Source: Desulfosudaceae bacterium (lineage in GTDB: Bacteria; Desulfobacterota; Desulfobacteria; Desulfobacterales; Desulfosudaceae). From it: a stretch of 64,000 nt of DNA. A model generated the notes under the pieces. It was not told the origin of the DNA and searched no databases. It saw only the letters and a program-made list of their open reading frames with translations. The position numbers were made by a program, and so were the translations under genes. Shown here one piece after another: positions 48,070 through 58,021 of this stretch. The number at the start of each line of letters is the position of its first letter. The first letter of the stretch is position 1. The stretch covers positions 576,001 through 640,000 of the forward strand of contig CAXXDV010000003.1 of assembly GCA_963674745.2 (NCBI GenBank). The letters are read 5' to 3'.

Positions 48070-50349
48070 ATGAACAACGCAATTCTGATTGAAACTGCGG
48101 CAGAAACGCTTGGCATCAACTTGGGACAGGTCACGGCCGTTGCAGCTTTACTGGCAGACGGCGCAACCATTCCGTTTATCGCCCGTTACCGCAAGGAGGC
48201 GACCGGCAGCCTGGATGAAGTCGCGGTTACGGATATACGGGACAAACTCCATCAGTTAAAAGAACTGGAAGACCGTCGGCAGGTCGTCCTGGCGTCACTT
48301 GAGAAGAACGGACATCTGACCGATGAGCTGAATCAGCGCGTTCTGGCAGCGGGCACCATGGCCGTGCTGGAAGACATTTATCTTCCGTTTAAGCCCAAAC
48401 GTCGTACCCGGGGGATAATGGCAAAGGAAAAGGGGCTGGAGCCCTTGGCCATGATCATCCTGGAGCAGCAGGGCGTGGATTTGCAGGCAGAAGCATCCGC
48501 TTATGTGGATGAAGACAAAGGGGTGTCATCCATAGACGACGCTTTGGCCGGTGCCCGGGATATCATTGCCGAAATCATTAACGAAGATGAAGCGGCTCGG
48601 GCGTCCATGCGGGACCTGTTTTTCAACCGGGCCGGAATCGCCTGCCATGTCATTGCCGGCATGGAAACCGAAGGCGCCAAATATCGTGATTATTTTGACT
48701 GGAAAGAAGCGGTGGCGGATGTCCCTTCGCACCGGATGCTGGCCATGCGGCGCGGTGAAAAAGAAGGCTTCCTTGTCCTGAATATCGCTCCGGAAGAAGA
48801 CGCGGCCATTGCTATCCTGGAACAGCGTTTCGTCAAAGGTGAAACAGAAGACGCCGGCCAGGTCAGGATGGCGGCCAAAGACGGTTATAAACGGTTGTTG
48901 TCGCTTTCCATGGAAACCGAAACCCGTCTTCATACCAAAAAGCAGGCTGATGCGGAGGCCATAAAAATATTTGCCGAAAACCTCCGGCAACTGCTGCTGG
49001 CCCCCCCCCTGGGCGCAAAACGGATCATGGGCATTGATCCGGGATTCAGAACCGGGTGCAAGGTGGTCTGCCTGGACCGGCAGGGCAAGCTGCTGCACTG
49101 GGATACGGTTTATCCCCATTTCTCCGAGGGGAAAGAACAGGCGGCCGCGGAAAAGATAAAATCAATGTGTGAGCAGTTTGAAGTGGAGGCCATCGCCATT
49201 GGAAACGGTACGGCCGGCAGGGAAACCGAGGCTTTCATTAAAGCCATTTCATTGTCCGGTTCGATTCAGGTGGTGATGGTCAATGAAAGCGGGGCGTCCA
49301 TCTATTCGGCTTCCGAAATCGCCCGGCAGGAGTTTCCCGACCTGGACCTGACGGTACGCGGCAGCGTTTCCATTGCCCGGCGCTTGATGGATCCGCTGGC
49401 CGAGCTGGTTAAGATCGATCCCAAGTCCATCGGTGTCGGCCAATACCAGCACGATGTCAACCAGGCTGAATTGAAAAAGGCCCTGGACGATGTGGTCATC
49501 AGCTGTGTTAACGCGGTGGGGGTCGATTTGAACCGGGCCAGCGCCCAATTGCTCACCTATGTATCCGGCCTTAACGCTTCCATTGCCCAGAACATCGTTG
49601 CCTGGCGCGAAACCAACGGGCCTTTTAAATCCCGGGAAGCGTTAAAAAAGGTGTCCCGTTTCGGCCCCAAAACATTTGAACAGAGCGCCGGGTTTTTGAG
49701 AATACCGGATGCCGAAAACCCGCTTGATGCCAGTGCCGTGCATCCCGAAAGTTACGGGATCGTGGAAGCCATGGCCGCTGACCTGGGCAAAAAGGTAATT
49801 GATATCATTCATCAGCCTGATCTGCGGCGGAAAATCGATCTTTCGGCCTATGTAACCGAAACCGTGGGCATGCCGACGCTGACGGACATTCTGGAGGAGC
49901 TGGCCAAGCCGGGACGTGATCCGAGGCGGACTTTCGAGGCCGTTACTTTTGCCGAAGGCGTCAATACCATAGACGACGTCAAAGCTGGCATGCGCCTGCC
50001 GGGTGTGGTCACCAATGTTACTGCCTTCGGTGCCTTTGTGGACGTCGGCGTTCACCAGGACGGCCTGGTGCATATCAGCCAGATGGCGGATCGTTTCGTC
50101 AAGTCACCCAAAGATATTGTGGGTGTTCAGCAACGGGTCATGGTGACCGTTCTGGAAGTGGACCTGGAGCGCAAGCGGATATCCCTGTCCATGAAGTCGC
50201 AGACGGCAGGCGTTGAAAAGGAAAAACCGGAGACGCCCCCCCAACCCCAACACCGCGGCAAGGTAAAAAAGAAGCAAATCAAAGGCAAAGAGCCCTCTTC
50301 GTCTGACTCACCCCTGGCGGCCGCTTTGCGCAAAAGCGGCCTTTCCTGA
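48070..50349 (+). CDS. tex: Tex transcription accessory protein (S1 RNA-binding)
   Basis: GATIPFIARYRKEATG, GIDPGFRTGCK, IDPKSIGVGQYQHD, S1 domain FGAFVDVGVHQDGLVHIS, GGAGG RBS. Confidence 0.95.
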   Translation: MNNAILIETAAETLGINLGQVTAVAALLADGATIPFIARYRKEATGSLDEVAVTDIRDKLHQLKELEDRRQVVLASLEKNGHLTDELNQRVLAAGTMAVLEDIYLPFKPKRRTRGIMAKEKGLEPLAMIILEQQGVDLQAEASAYVDEDKGVSSIDDALAGARDIIAEIINEDEAARASMRDLFFNRAGIACHVIAGMETEGAKYRDYFDWKEAVADVPSHRMLAMRRGEKEGFLVLNIAPEEDAAIAILEQRFVKGETEDAGQVRMAAKDGYKRLLSLSMETETRLHTKKQADAEAIKIFAENLRQLLLAPPLGAKRIMGIDPGFRTGCKVVCLDRQGKLLHWDTVYPHFSEGKEQAAAEKIKSMCEQFEVEAIAIGNGTAGRETEAFIKAISLSGSIQVVMVNESGASIYSASEIARQEFPDLDLTVRGSVSIARRLMDPLAELVKIDPKSIGVGQYQHDVNQAELKKALDDVVISCVNAVGVDLNRASAQLLTYVSGLNASIAQNIVAWRETNGPFKSREALKKVSRFGPKTFEQSAGFLRIPDAENPLDASAVHPESYGIVEAMAADLGKKVIDIIHQPDLRRKIDLSAYVTETVGMPTLTDILEELAKPGRDPRRTFEAVTFAEGVNTIDDVKAGMRLPGVVTNVTAFGAFVDVGVHQDGLVHISQMADRFVKSPKDIVGVQQRVMVTVLEVDLERKRISLSMKSQTAGVEKEKPETPPQPQHRGKVKKKQIKGKEPSSSDSPLAAALRKSGLS

Positions 50350-50388
50350 CAGGGTGATTCGGGAAATTGATCGATTTATCCAAACGGC

Positions 50389-51102
50389 TCAGGATGTGGA
50401 CTTTTTGGGCAGCCTGACAGTTACCTCGTTACCATTGTTGTTGATTTCCGCCTTCTGGACATCGGCGTCTTCCGGGATTGAGAAGCGTTCGTAGATCGAC
50501 CGGCGTGCCTCCTGCCGCGCGATCACTTTATCCTCCTTGTCGGTCTTCTCCGTCTGTTGAACGTAATCCCCCTGAATGGTGATTCCCCGGTCGTCTATTT
50601 TCACATTCAGTTTTTTCCCCTTAAGGTCGGGGGCGGTGAAGCGATAAATATAGGCGTCTTTTGTTTCTTCGGTCTGTTCGCTCAGCCGGCTGCCGTCGGA
50701 CAGTAATCCGTTGTTTGTAAATTTTGTGTTGAACCATGTGTCCCAGGAGTCGTCAAAAGCGCCTTTAAAGCTTTTCTCCATCCGTTGCATCATTTCCTGG
50801 TGCATTTTTTCCATTTCTTTAAAAGGTTCATCCGTATTCGTGAAGAAATCATCGTTAAAAAAATTATCCAGCATACTGAATGCATGCTGTCGATCTGTTT
50901 GGAATTGCTGATTGAGGTTCTGGAAAAAGGTGTCGAAGTTTTTCCAGGCTGCTGCTTCATCTTTGATGAGCGGTGCTTCGTCTGTGGCGGGCTCTGTGGT
51001 CGTTTTCTGCGCCTGAAAAACGGCTGCGCCTAAAGCCACGCAGGCCACACACAAGATGGCTATTACCGACATGGCGATTCTGTACTTGGTGTTCAGTTCC
51101 AT
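50389..51102 (-). CDS. Hsp20/alpha-crystallin protein with N-terminal membrane anchor
   Basis: Hydrophobic N-terminal helix, then ETKDAYIYRFTAPD...FSIPEDAD...VTVRLPK. Confidence 0.8.
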   Translation of the reverse strand: MELNTKYRIAMSVIAILCVACVALGAAVFQAQKTTTEPATDEAPLIKDEAAAWKNFDTFFQNLNQQFQTDRQHAFSMLDNFFNDDFFTNTDEPFKEMEKMHQEMMQRMEKSFKGAFDDSWDTWFNTKFTNNGLLSDGSRLSEQTEETKDAYIYRFTAPDLKGKKLNVKIDDRGITIQGDYVQQTEKTDKEDKVIARQEARRSIYERFSIPEDADVQKAEINNNGNEVTVRLPKKSTS

Positions 51103-51565
51103 GGTAACCTCCTTTTCGCTGTTCCGTCTTTCAAGAAGGAGGGCGAAACAGTGATGTCAAAAAATAATTTGATGTTAAAATAAGGGGTCGGAATTTCACT
51201 TACGGGTTTCCGAATTTGATTCCATGCCCTTAGAGGCGGGACTGAAAAAGACCGACCTGTTTTTCGGATCAGGTTGTTTATCAGTCGTTACGTGAAATGA
51301 TTTGCCGACATTGTTTGCCTCCTCGAATTATGAAGTCATTCGATTGATGAATGGCTAACAATTTGATAAAAACGTTTATTTTTTCTGACAAAAAAATAAT
51401 TCGAAAATTTCCGATGTCAAGTTATAAGATTGGATTCTTTATTGCCGTGCCATTGGGGATGACTTTGGGCTGCGAATCGGACAGGGTCGGGGGTGACGTT
51501 GTTTTGTTGACATAACCATTTGGTTTTGTTATAATAATGTATTCTAACAATACAAAGGGGCTGCA

Positions 51566-52852
51566 TTGATGAATCCACATCTGTCTTATGTCTTGTGTTC
51601 GGGTAGTGCTGTTCTGGTTGCTGTGTGCATGGTCAGGCTCGCCTATAAAAAAACCATTGTAACCGATATCGGCAACTCCATCATTCTCGGCGGGGCCATA
51701 TCTTCGCTGGTGACGTACATATATTTCGTAACCGACTGGAAGAGTATTTTCGCGATTATACCGGGCGGGATGATTATTTTTTTTCTCATGCTGGGTCATA
51801 TCAAGCGCAAGATCCGGGAACCCTTAAGGGCTATCGTCGCCATCAGTAACGCCATTTCAGAGGGGAAGTTAACCGACAGCAACCTGGACATGGAGCCGTT
51901 TGTTTCAGGAAACGAACTGGGTGAATTGTCTCAGAGCATTAATGGCACATATCGTGATTTAAGCCGGATCGTGTCGGATATCGTCCGGAACATCGGTATC
52001 CTGACCGGTACGGTGGAACTGCTGGTCGGCAAGTCAAACCAGCTGCAGGAGAATTCGGGGCAGATGAAAATTCAGTCGTCAAGTGTTTCCGCCGCTTCAG
52101 AGGAGATGACGGTCAGCATGTCGACCGTTGCCGGTTCCGCCGATCAGTCGGCCAAAAGCCTGGGCATGATTTCCAGTTCGATCGAAGGCATGAGTGTTAC
52201 GGTCAATGAAATCGCCCGGAATACCGAAATGGCCCGGAAGATTTCAAGTGACGCGGTATTGCAGGCCGACAAAAGCGTGGCCAACATTCATCAACTGGAA
52301 GCCAGCGCCAAAGAAGCCAATACGATAATAGACACCATCAATGAAGTTGTTGATCAAACCAAGCTGCTGGCCTTAAATGCCACCATTGAAGCCGCCAGGG
52401 CGGGTGAATTCGGCAAAGGCTTTGCCGTGGTCGCTGATGAAGTGAAGCAACTGGCCAATCAGACCGAAGAAGCGGTGGAAGGTATCCGTCAGAAACTGTC
52501 GGCCATGGGGCGGTTTCGTGCCGAGACCGTTACGGATATCGGCCGGATTTCCGAAGTCATCAAGAACGTGGACGAGCTGGTTTCTTCCATAGCCGTTTCG
52601 ATCGAAGAGCAGAATGTCACCACCAAAGATATTGCCCGGAATGTTGAAGAAGTCAACCGGGGTGTTTCCGAGGTAAACCGGCAGGTGGATGAATCCGCAT
52701 CCATCTCGAAAAAGGTCGCCGGCGACATGTCTGCTTTGAACCAGGTGGTCGACGATGTCGGCGAGGCCGGAGAGTCGGTTAGAGACAGCGCTGAAAAGCT
52801 GTCTCAAATGACCGAAGCCATGGTGCAGCTGGTTGAGAAATTTGAGGTGTGA
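51566..52852 (+). CDS. Methyl-accepting chemotaxis protein with membrane-embedded N-terminus
   Basis: Three short hydrophobic segments, [31 protein letters not shown]. Confidence 0.92.
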   Translation: MMNPHLSYVLCSGSAVLVAVCMVRLAYKKTIVTDIGNSIILGGAISSLVTYIYFVTDWKSIFAIIPGGMIIFFLMLGHIKRKIREPLRAIVAISNAISEGKLTDSNLDMEPFVSGNELGELSQSINGTYRDLSRIVSDIVRNIGILTGTVELLVGKSNQLQENSGQMKIQSSSVSAASEEMTVSMSTVAGSADQSAKSLGMISSSIEGMSVTVNEIARNTEMARKISSDAVLQADKSVANIHQLEASAKEANTIIDTINEVVDQTKLLALNATIEAARAGEFGKGFAVVADEVKQLANQTEEAVEGIRQKLSAMGRFRAETVTDIGRISEVIKNVDELVSSIAVSIEEQNVTTKDIARNVEEVNRGVSEVNRQVDESASISKKVAGDMSALNQVVDDVGEAGESVRDSAEKLSQMTEAMVQLVEKFEV

Positions 52853-52879
52853 TGGACAGGCCCGGCCGAAACGCTCCGG

Positions 52880-54319
52880 TTACTTCCATCGATGAACGGT
52901 CACAAACAGAAACAGGGCGAAAATCTCGAGGCGTCCGACCAGCATGTCACCGGTCAGGACCCATTTCGCCGCCGCGGGTAGATGGCTGTAGTTGCTCATC
53001 GAACCAACGGAGCCGAATCCCGGGCCGACATTCCCCATGGCGGCCGCTACTGCCGAAACCGCCGTCATAATATCCGTGCCGAACATGGTCAGGATGATTG
53101 CCGAAAGCATTAACACAGAAAGATAGAGGATAATATAGGTCAGTGCGGTTTCCACCACTTCATCATCGATCCGGATCTGATCGACCTTGATGACCTCGAT
53201 TGCTCTGGGATGTCTTAATCGAACCAGTCGACGCAGAAAGACTTTCCAGAAAAGGACCATTCTGTCCACCTTGATGCCCCCTGATGTGGATGCCGAGCAG
53301 GCGCATTGCAGGGTGAAAAAGATAATGATCAGTTGCGCCAGAGCGGGCCACGCAGAGCTGTCGGCACTGGCGAAACCGGTGCTGGTACCGATGGATATCA
53401 CCTGAAAGGCGGAATAGCGAAAGGCCTGGGGCCAGGTATCGTAGTTATGATGGTGCAGGCTGACAGCCACCAGGCAGATGCCGATCAGCATGGCGGTGAC
53501 GTAGTACCTGAATACCGAAGATTCAAGCAGGTGGCGGGGGCTTCCGGTAATCGTCAGATACAGAAGACCGAAATGCACACCGGACAGAACCATAAAAATC
53601 ATCAGTGTTATTTCTATTCCCGTGCTTGAAAAATAGGCCACACTGGTATTCTTGGTTGAGAATCCTCCGGTGGCAATGGTGGCAAAAGCATGAGTGGTGG
53701 CATCGAAAAGGCTCATTCCCTGAAACATCAGCAGAACCGTTTCCATTACCGTCAGACCGATATAAACGTACAGGATGATCTTTAAGGTCTTCCTGGTCCG
53801 GTAGTTGAAACTTTCCTGCACCAGCGGCGATACTTCGCTGCGATAAAGGATCATTGAAGCGGCACCCATGGAGGGAAGGACGGCCAGCACGAAAATGATG
53901 ATTCCCACGCCTCCCATCCAGTGAGTTGCCGCTCGCCAGAAGAGCAGCCCCGGTGCAATGCTCTGAATATTCGATAGAATAGAAGCCCCGGTGGTGGTAA
54001 ATCCGGATACACTTTCAAACCAGGCGTTTGTGAAAGAAAAAGGGCCGCCCCAGAGGATATAGGGGAGCGTGCCGATCAGGCATGACAACAACCAGCTGCA
54101 GACAACGATGAAAAGTCCTTCCTTGTTGGTGATGTCCTGTGTCGGTGGTACGAACACAAATAAAAAAAGGCCGAATAAAGTACAAACGATGGCACTGAAT
54201 GCAAGGGGATAAATGGCGCTGTCACCGTTACTTGCAGATATGATGGTTGATGTGAGAAGGAAAAAAGCGTTGAAAAAAAACACAAACCCTAAATACCGCA
54301 GTATGATTTGAGGCCTCAT
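52880..54319 (-). CDS. trkH: Trk potassium uptake membrane subunit
   Basis: FESVSGFTTTG, W.GGVGII, ATGGFS, TSTGF, STSGGIK, GNVGPG, GRLEIF. Confidence 0.95.
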   Translation of the reverse strand: MRPQIILRYLGFVFFFNAFFLLTSTIISASNGDSAIYPLAFSAIVCTLFGLFLFVFVPPTQDITNKEGLFIVVCSWLLSCLIGTLPYILWGGPFSFTNAWFESVSGFTTTGASILSNIQSIAPGLLFWRAATHWMGGVGIIIFVLAVLPSMGAASMILYRSEVSPLVQESFNYRTRKTLKIILYVYIGLTVMETVLLMFQGMSLFDATTHAFATIATGGFSTKNTSVAYFSSTGIEITLMIFMVLSGVHFGLLYLTITGSPRHLLESSVFRYYVTAMLIGICLVAVSLHHHNYDTWPQAFRYSAFQVISIGTSTGFASADSSAWPALAQLIIIFFTLQCACSASTSGGIKVDRMVLFWKVFLRRLVRLRHPRAIEVIKVDQIRIDDEVVETALTYIILYLSVLMLSAIILTMFGTDIMTAVSAVAAAMGNVGPGFGSVGSMSNYSHLPAAAKWVLTGDMLVGRLEIFALFLFVTVHRWK

Positions 54320-55080
54320 CGGGTTTTTTCATCCTTTTTCACAAAATAAATGAGTTCCTGTATGGCCTCCGTCAGCCTGGAGATTTCATCACGGCTGTCG
54401 ACATGGAATTGAACCATTTTGCCGCTTTTCATATATGACCGGATACCGTCGGTCAGTCTCTTGATCGGGTGGATTACATACAGGTTGATAAAGAAATTGA
54501 ATATTATGGCAAAAATCAGGGATGAAATGATGGCCACAATACCCGGCATAATGGCTCTGCCGGCCCTGTTTTTAAGCTCCGAGGCGGTCAGATACATCGT
54601 CTTGTCGTTCAGTGTCATCAGTTCTTTGACGGATGTTTTCGCTTCCAGGAAAGCCGGATGGGCCTGGCTGAAGTACCATCCCATATTCCCTTGCCGGCTG
54701 GTATCCACAATCGGTCGTTCCCATAACGCTTTAAAACGGTTATACGCCTGATCGATGGCTTCGGTGGCGGCCTGCTCTCCGGAAATTGTAATATTGGTTT
54801 TGGCGATATTAAGGGCATTGATGAAATCCTTATCCGCCTTTTCCATTGTTGAACGACCGCTTTTCCAGTCACCGGACATCAGGAGCAGAATACCGCTGTC
54901 TTCACGTTCCAGTGCTTCGGTCATATCTTTGGCAGCGGTAATACTTTTGTAGTTTTCGTCCAGGAGCGCGTGTACGGAGCGGCTAATTTTGTTGAATTCG
55001 ATAATGGAAATCCCACCGGCCGTACCCAGCATAACGGCAAGGATCAAGAAACCGGAAAGAATTTTGACGCGAAGATTCAT
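54316..55080 (-). CDS. Four-helix-bundle sensor + HAMP protein with no output domain
   Basis: MNLRVKILSGF, TM, ENYKSI..A..M.EALE, TM, HAMP (PIKRL...DEISRL), then stop. ATGA overlap with trkH. Confidence 0.8.
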   Translation of the reverse strand: MNLRVKILSGFLILAVMLGTAGGISIIEFNKISRSVHALLDENYKSITAAKDMTEALEREDSGILLLMSGDWKSGRSTMEKADKDFINALNIAKTNITISGEQAATEAIDQAYNRFKALWERPIVDTSRQGNMGWYFSQAHPAFLEAKTSVKELMTLNDKTMYLTASELKNRAGRAIMPGIVAIISSLIFAIIFNFFINLYVIHPIKRLTDGIRSYMKSGKMVQFHVDSRDEISRLTEAIQELIYFVKKDEKTR

Positions 55081-55324
55081 GGCCTTTCCCCAGATTCGTT
55101 AAGAGGACTAAGATGACGCACTTTCCCAGCCATTCCCTCTGGATATTACCGGCTGGTAAAGCCGAATATTTTCTAGCCGTTTTCTTTAGCAGGCCCTGTC
55201 TTGTGTGTCAAAAGATTTTTGTCGGTGTGCGTCCTGCGCCTTGCAGAAGGCGCCAGGGGCTCGGGTTCAAATCAACTCGTGAAATATCCCGGCCTGGAAT
55301 GATGCGTTGTGATAAACATTCAGG

Positions 55325-55744
55325 TTAGCGCCGGCTGACCCAGACCTTTTCCGTTCTCCAGTAGCCCGGTTTGTGTTCAATCATGATGTACTCGCCGGGA
55401 ACCCATTGATGACAGGCATTGTAATGTCCCGGATTCCAGACTTTTTCCAGCACCGGATCCACCCAGATTTTCCGATGCTCCCAATGCCCGCGCGTATATT
55501 TCGGGGGACCGCACGGTCGTTGTTGATGATGATATCCCGTCCGGTAGCGATCGACCGCTGCCACACGTTGCGGGGGGCGATCATACTGGCAGTTGTTGAG
55601 GATCGCATTTCCCAGGACGACGGCCCCAATGGCCATGGCGGCGCCCTGCCATCGATGCCGTTCTTTTGAGCCGGCAAAAGCGGACGGTATGGAAGCGGAC
55701 AGGAAAAAAAATACGGCCAGTGAGATTAATGCTGTTTTTTTCAT
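55325..55744 (-). CDS. Secreted protein with YXWGXW-like Trp/Gly repeats
   Basis: TAAGGAGG RBS, signal peptide, GHWE...WVDP...VWNPGHY...WVPGEY...PGYW. Confidence 0.75.
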   Translation of the reverse strand: MKKTALISLAVFFFLSASIPSAFAGSKERHRWQGAAMAIGAVVLGNAILNNCQYDRPPQRVAAVDRYRTGYHHQQRPCGPPKYTRGHWEHRKIWVDPVLEKVWNPGHYNACHQWVPGEYIMIEHKPGYWRTEKVWVSRR

Positions 55745-55798
55745 TTTTGCCTCCTTATGGTCTCCGGTTGATGATGATAATTCCATCGAAGTTATCTG

Positions 55799-56269
55799 TT
55801 ACCTGTTATCTGATTCGGCAAAGGCCTTGATTTCCTGGTCAACCAGGTCAATGGCCCGTTTCACGACCTTGTTCAACAGTTTGATCTCTTCAGGGTCATT
55901 GCCGATGGCCTGGGCCAGCGGAATATATGAATTCGCCCGCTGGGTTTTAATCTCGGCAATTTTTGCACGCCCTTTTTCCGATAGATCAATCAGGTGGACC
56001 CGCATGTCATTTTTGTCCACCTGCATATCAATCAAATCCATTTCGGTACGAAGCCTTTTGATGTCAGTGGACAGCGTGCTCGCCTTAACACCGGGAAAAA
56101 ACTGGGCCAGTTCGGTCATGTTCATTGTTCCCTGTGTCTGGAGCAGTTCAAGAATAAGGATATCGCGATCTTTAAGGTCGCCGGCTTCACTGTCCGCGAT
56201 CTGCACGGCCCGGTAGATCCTCAATTTGGTGCTCAACCTGGCGATGTTGTCAAACAGGGTGCTGGTCAT
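55799..56269 (-). CDS. MarR-family regulator
   Basis: ILELL...MTELA...STLSTDIKRL...DMRVHLIDLSEKG, AGGAGG RBS. Confidence 0.88.
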   Translation of the reverse strand: MTSTLFDNIARLSTKLRIYRAVQIADSEAGDLKDRDILILELLQTQGTMNMTELAQFFPGVKASTLSTDIKRLRTEMDLIDMQVDKNDMRVHLIDLSEKGRAKIAEIKTQRANSYIPLAQAIGNDPEEIKLLNKVVKRAIDLVDQEIKAFAESDNR

Positions 56270-56386
56270 TTTTGCCTCCTTTTGGCTTTTATTTAAAAAT
56301 ATTCGTTTAGTTTTGTCAAGAAAAATATTTCATAAATACAAAATAATTTTAATTTCTGAAATAATTGTGTTTAATGAAATATTATG

Positions 56387-56463
56387 AGGTTCGGGGTTCG
56401 GGGTTCGATGTTTGGGGTTCGGGGTGGCCTGCGAATGACGTAGGGGCACGGCGCGCCGTGCCC
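56387..56463 (+). repeat. 7-nt repeats plus REP
   Basis: (GGGGTTC)n, then GTAGGGGCACGGCGCGCCGTGCCCTTTTT. Confidence 0.85.
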
Positions 56464-56597
56464 TTTTATTATTCAAGGCCCTCAAATTGTAAAACAAAGC
56501 GGTTTGACCTTTTGACATTTACGCGTCCATCAATTATTGATGAACAAACGGATGAGAATAGATCGGGAATTGTAAGCATCGGTTGAGGAGGAAACTC

Positions 56598-57410
56598 ATG
56601 TCGCAGAACTATCTATCCGGCACACTGGGGCGGACCGGGCTTTCCGTCGGTCGCCTGGGGGTGGCCGCCAGTTACGGTGCACCGGCCGAAGCCTTTGAAG
56701 AAGCGTTTGAACGGGGGTGCAATTATTTTTATTCCGGTTCAGGCCGGCATCGGGCGGGAATGGCCAGGGCCATCCGGAATATCTGCGCAGCCGGACACCG
56801 GGAAAAACTGGTTGTGGCCGTCCAGACGTATGCCAGGATCGGGCTGGCAACCGAAAAATTACTGACAAGAACGTTACGGTCCCTTCATATCGATTATGCC
56901 GATGTGGTGGTGGCCGGCTGGCACAACCGGGAACCCTCTGCCGGTCTGATGGAACGGATGAAACGCTGGCAGGATAAGGGGTTGTGCCGGTTTCTGGCCA
57001 TGTCCGGCCATAACCGGCAGCTCTTTCCCCGCATGGCCGAAACAGGTGCCTTTGACGTCTTTCATATCCGTTACAACGCCGCCCATCGCGGGGCGGAAAC
57101 AGAGTGCTTTCCCTTGTTGAATCAAGAACCACGGCCCGGCATCGTCTCTTATACCGCTACCCGCTGGGGGCATCTGCTCAATCATAAGAAAATGCCGGCG
57201 GGCGAGGCGCCCCTGTCGGCATCTGACTGCTATCGTTTTTCCATGTCCAATCCGGCCGTGGATGTCTGTTTGTGCGGTCCGGCCGATACGGGACAGATGC
57301 GGCAGGCCTTGACGGCGCTGGATGCCGGGCCGCTGTCCGATGAAGAAATGACCCGGGTCACAAAAATAGGGGACCACGTCCATCAAAACGTCAGAAGCTT
57401 TTTCGGTTAA
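56598..57410 (+). CDS. Aldo/keto reductase family protein
   Basis: LGRTGLSVGRLG, L..L.IDYAD, MSGHNR, RYNAAH, SNPAVDV. Confidence 0.85.
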   Translation: MSQNYLSGTLGRTGLSVGRLGVAASYGAPAEAFEEAFERGCNYFYSGSGRHRAGMARAIRNICAAGHREKLVVAVQTYARIGLATEKLLTRTLRSLHIDYADVVVAGWHNREPSAGLMERMKRWQDKGLCRFLAMSGHNRQLFPRMAETGAFDVFHIRYNAAHRGAETECFPLLNQEPRPGIVSYTATRWGHLLNHKKMPAGEAPLSASDCYRFSMSNPAVDVCLCGPADTGQMRQALTALDAGPLSDEEMTRVTKIGDHVHQNVRSFFG

Positions 57411-57494
57411 TGATGTTTCTATATCGTTGTTGCGGCTTGTACATTGTTTTGCCGTTAACCGCTTTAAAAACGCTTTAAAGAGAAAGGAAAACAG

Positions 57495-57947
57495 ATGAAA
57501 AGAAAAATAAACACAACATGTCTGTTAATAGTGGTTATCTTTGTCTTGATTGTTCTTGGATCGCTGGATACCCGCATGACGTATGCCGGGGGCGGAATCA
57601 ACTACCAGGTAACGGTCAACAATCCGACAGATAAAAAGTGTCGGGTCTGGTTAAGGGTAGAAAAGGGATACGCGCAGACGGCTGAACAGACCGTGACGCT
57701 GTCTCCCGGTGGAAGTCATACCTGGGAGACCGGCGCAATTTGTCCCTGCGGTCTCCAGGGAAAGGTGCATGACCCGGTAGGCCAGGAATGGCGGTGGATG
57801 CAGTGCGTGAACATGTATGGCAACAGGAGCGACTGTAGTAGCGGGGCGGGTAATGTGGCGGTCTGTGCCAGCCAGAGCTTTACCATTGAACGCAAAAAGG
57901 GGGTTACCGAGGTGCGGGAATATGATTACGGCTTCCGGAAAAACTGA
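57495..57947 (+). CDS. Secreted Cys-rich hypothetical protein
   Basis: AAAGGA RBS, signal peptide, six Cys in the mature part. Confidence 0.7.
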   Translation: MKRKINTTCLLIVVIFVLIVLGSLDTRMTYAGGGINYQVTVNNPTDKKCRVWLRVEKGYAQTAEQTVTLSPGGSHTWETGAICPCGLQGKVHDPVGQEWRWMQCVNMYGNRSDCSSGAGNVAVCASQSFTIERKKGVTEVREYDYGFRKN

Positions 57948-58021
57948 TTTGAAAGCAACGCGTTTTTTTTAATATGAATGTATTCGAGAAGCATGTGGCT
58001 GAACAGACGGGCTTTTGATTT

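Noticed and set aside
55081..55324. c-di-AMP (ydaO) riboswitch upstream of the trkH operon
   Set aside because: The conserved motifs were not recognisable by eye; an Rfam covariance search would be needed.
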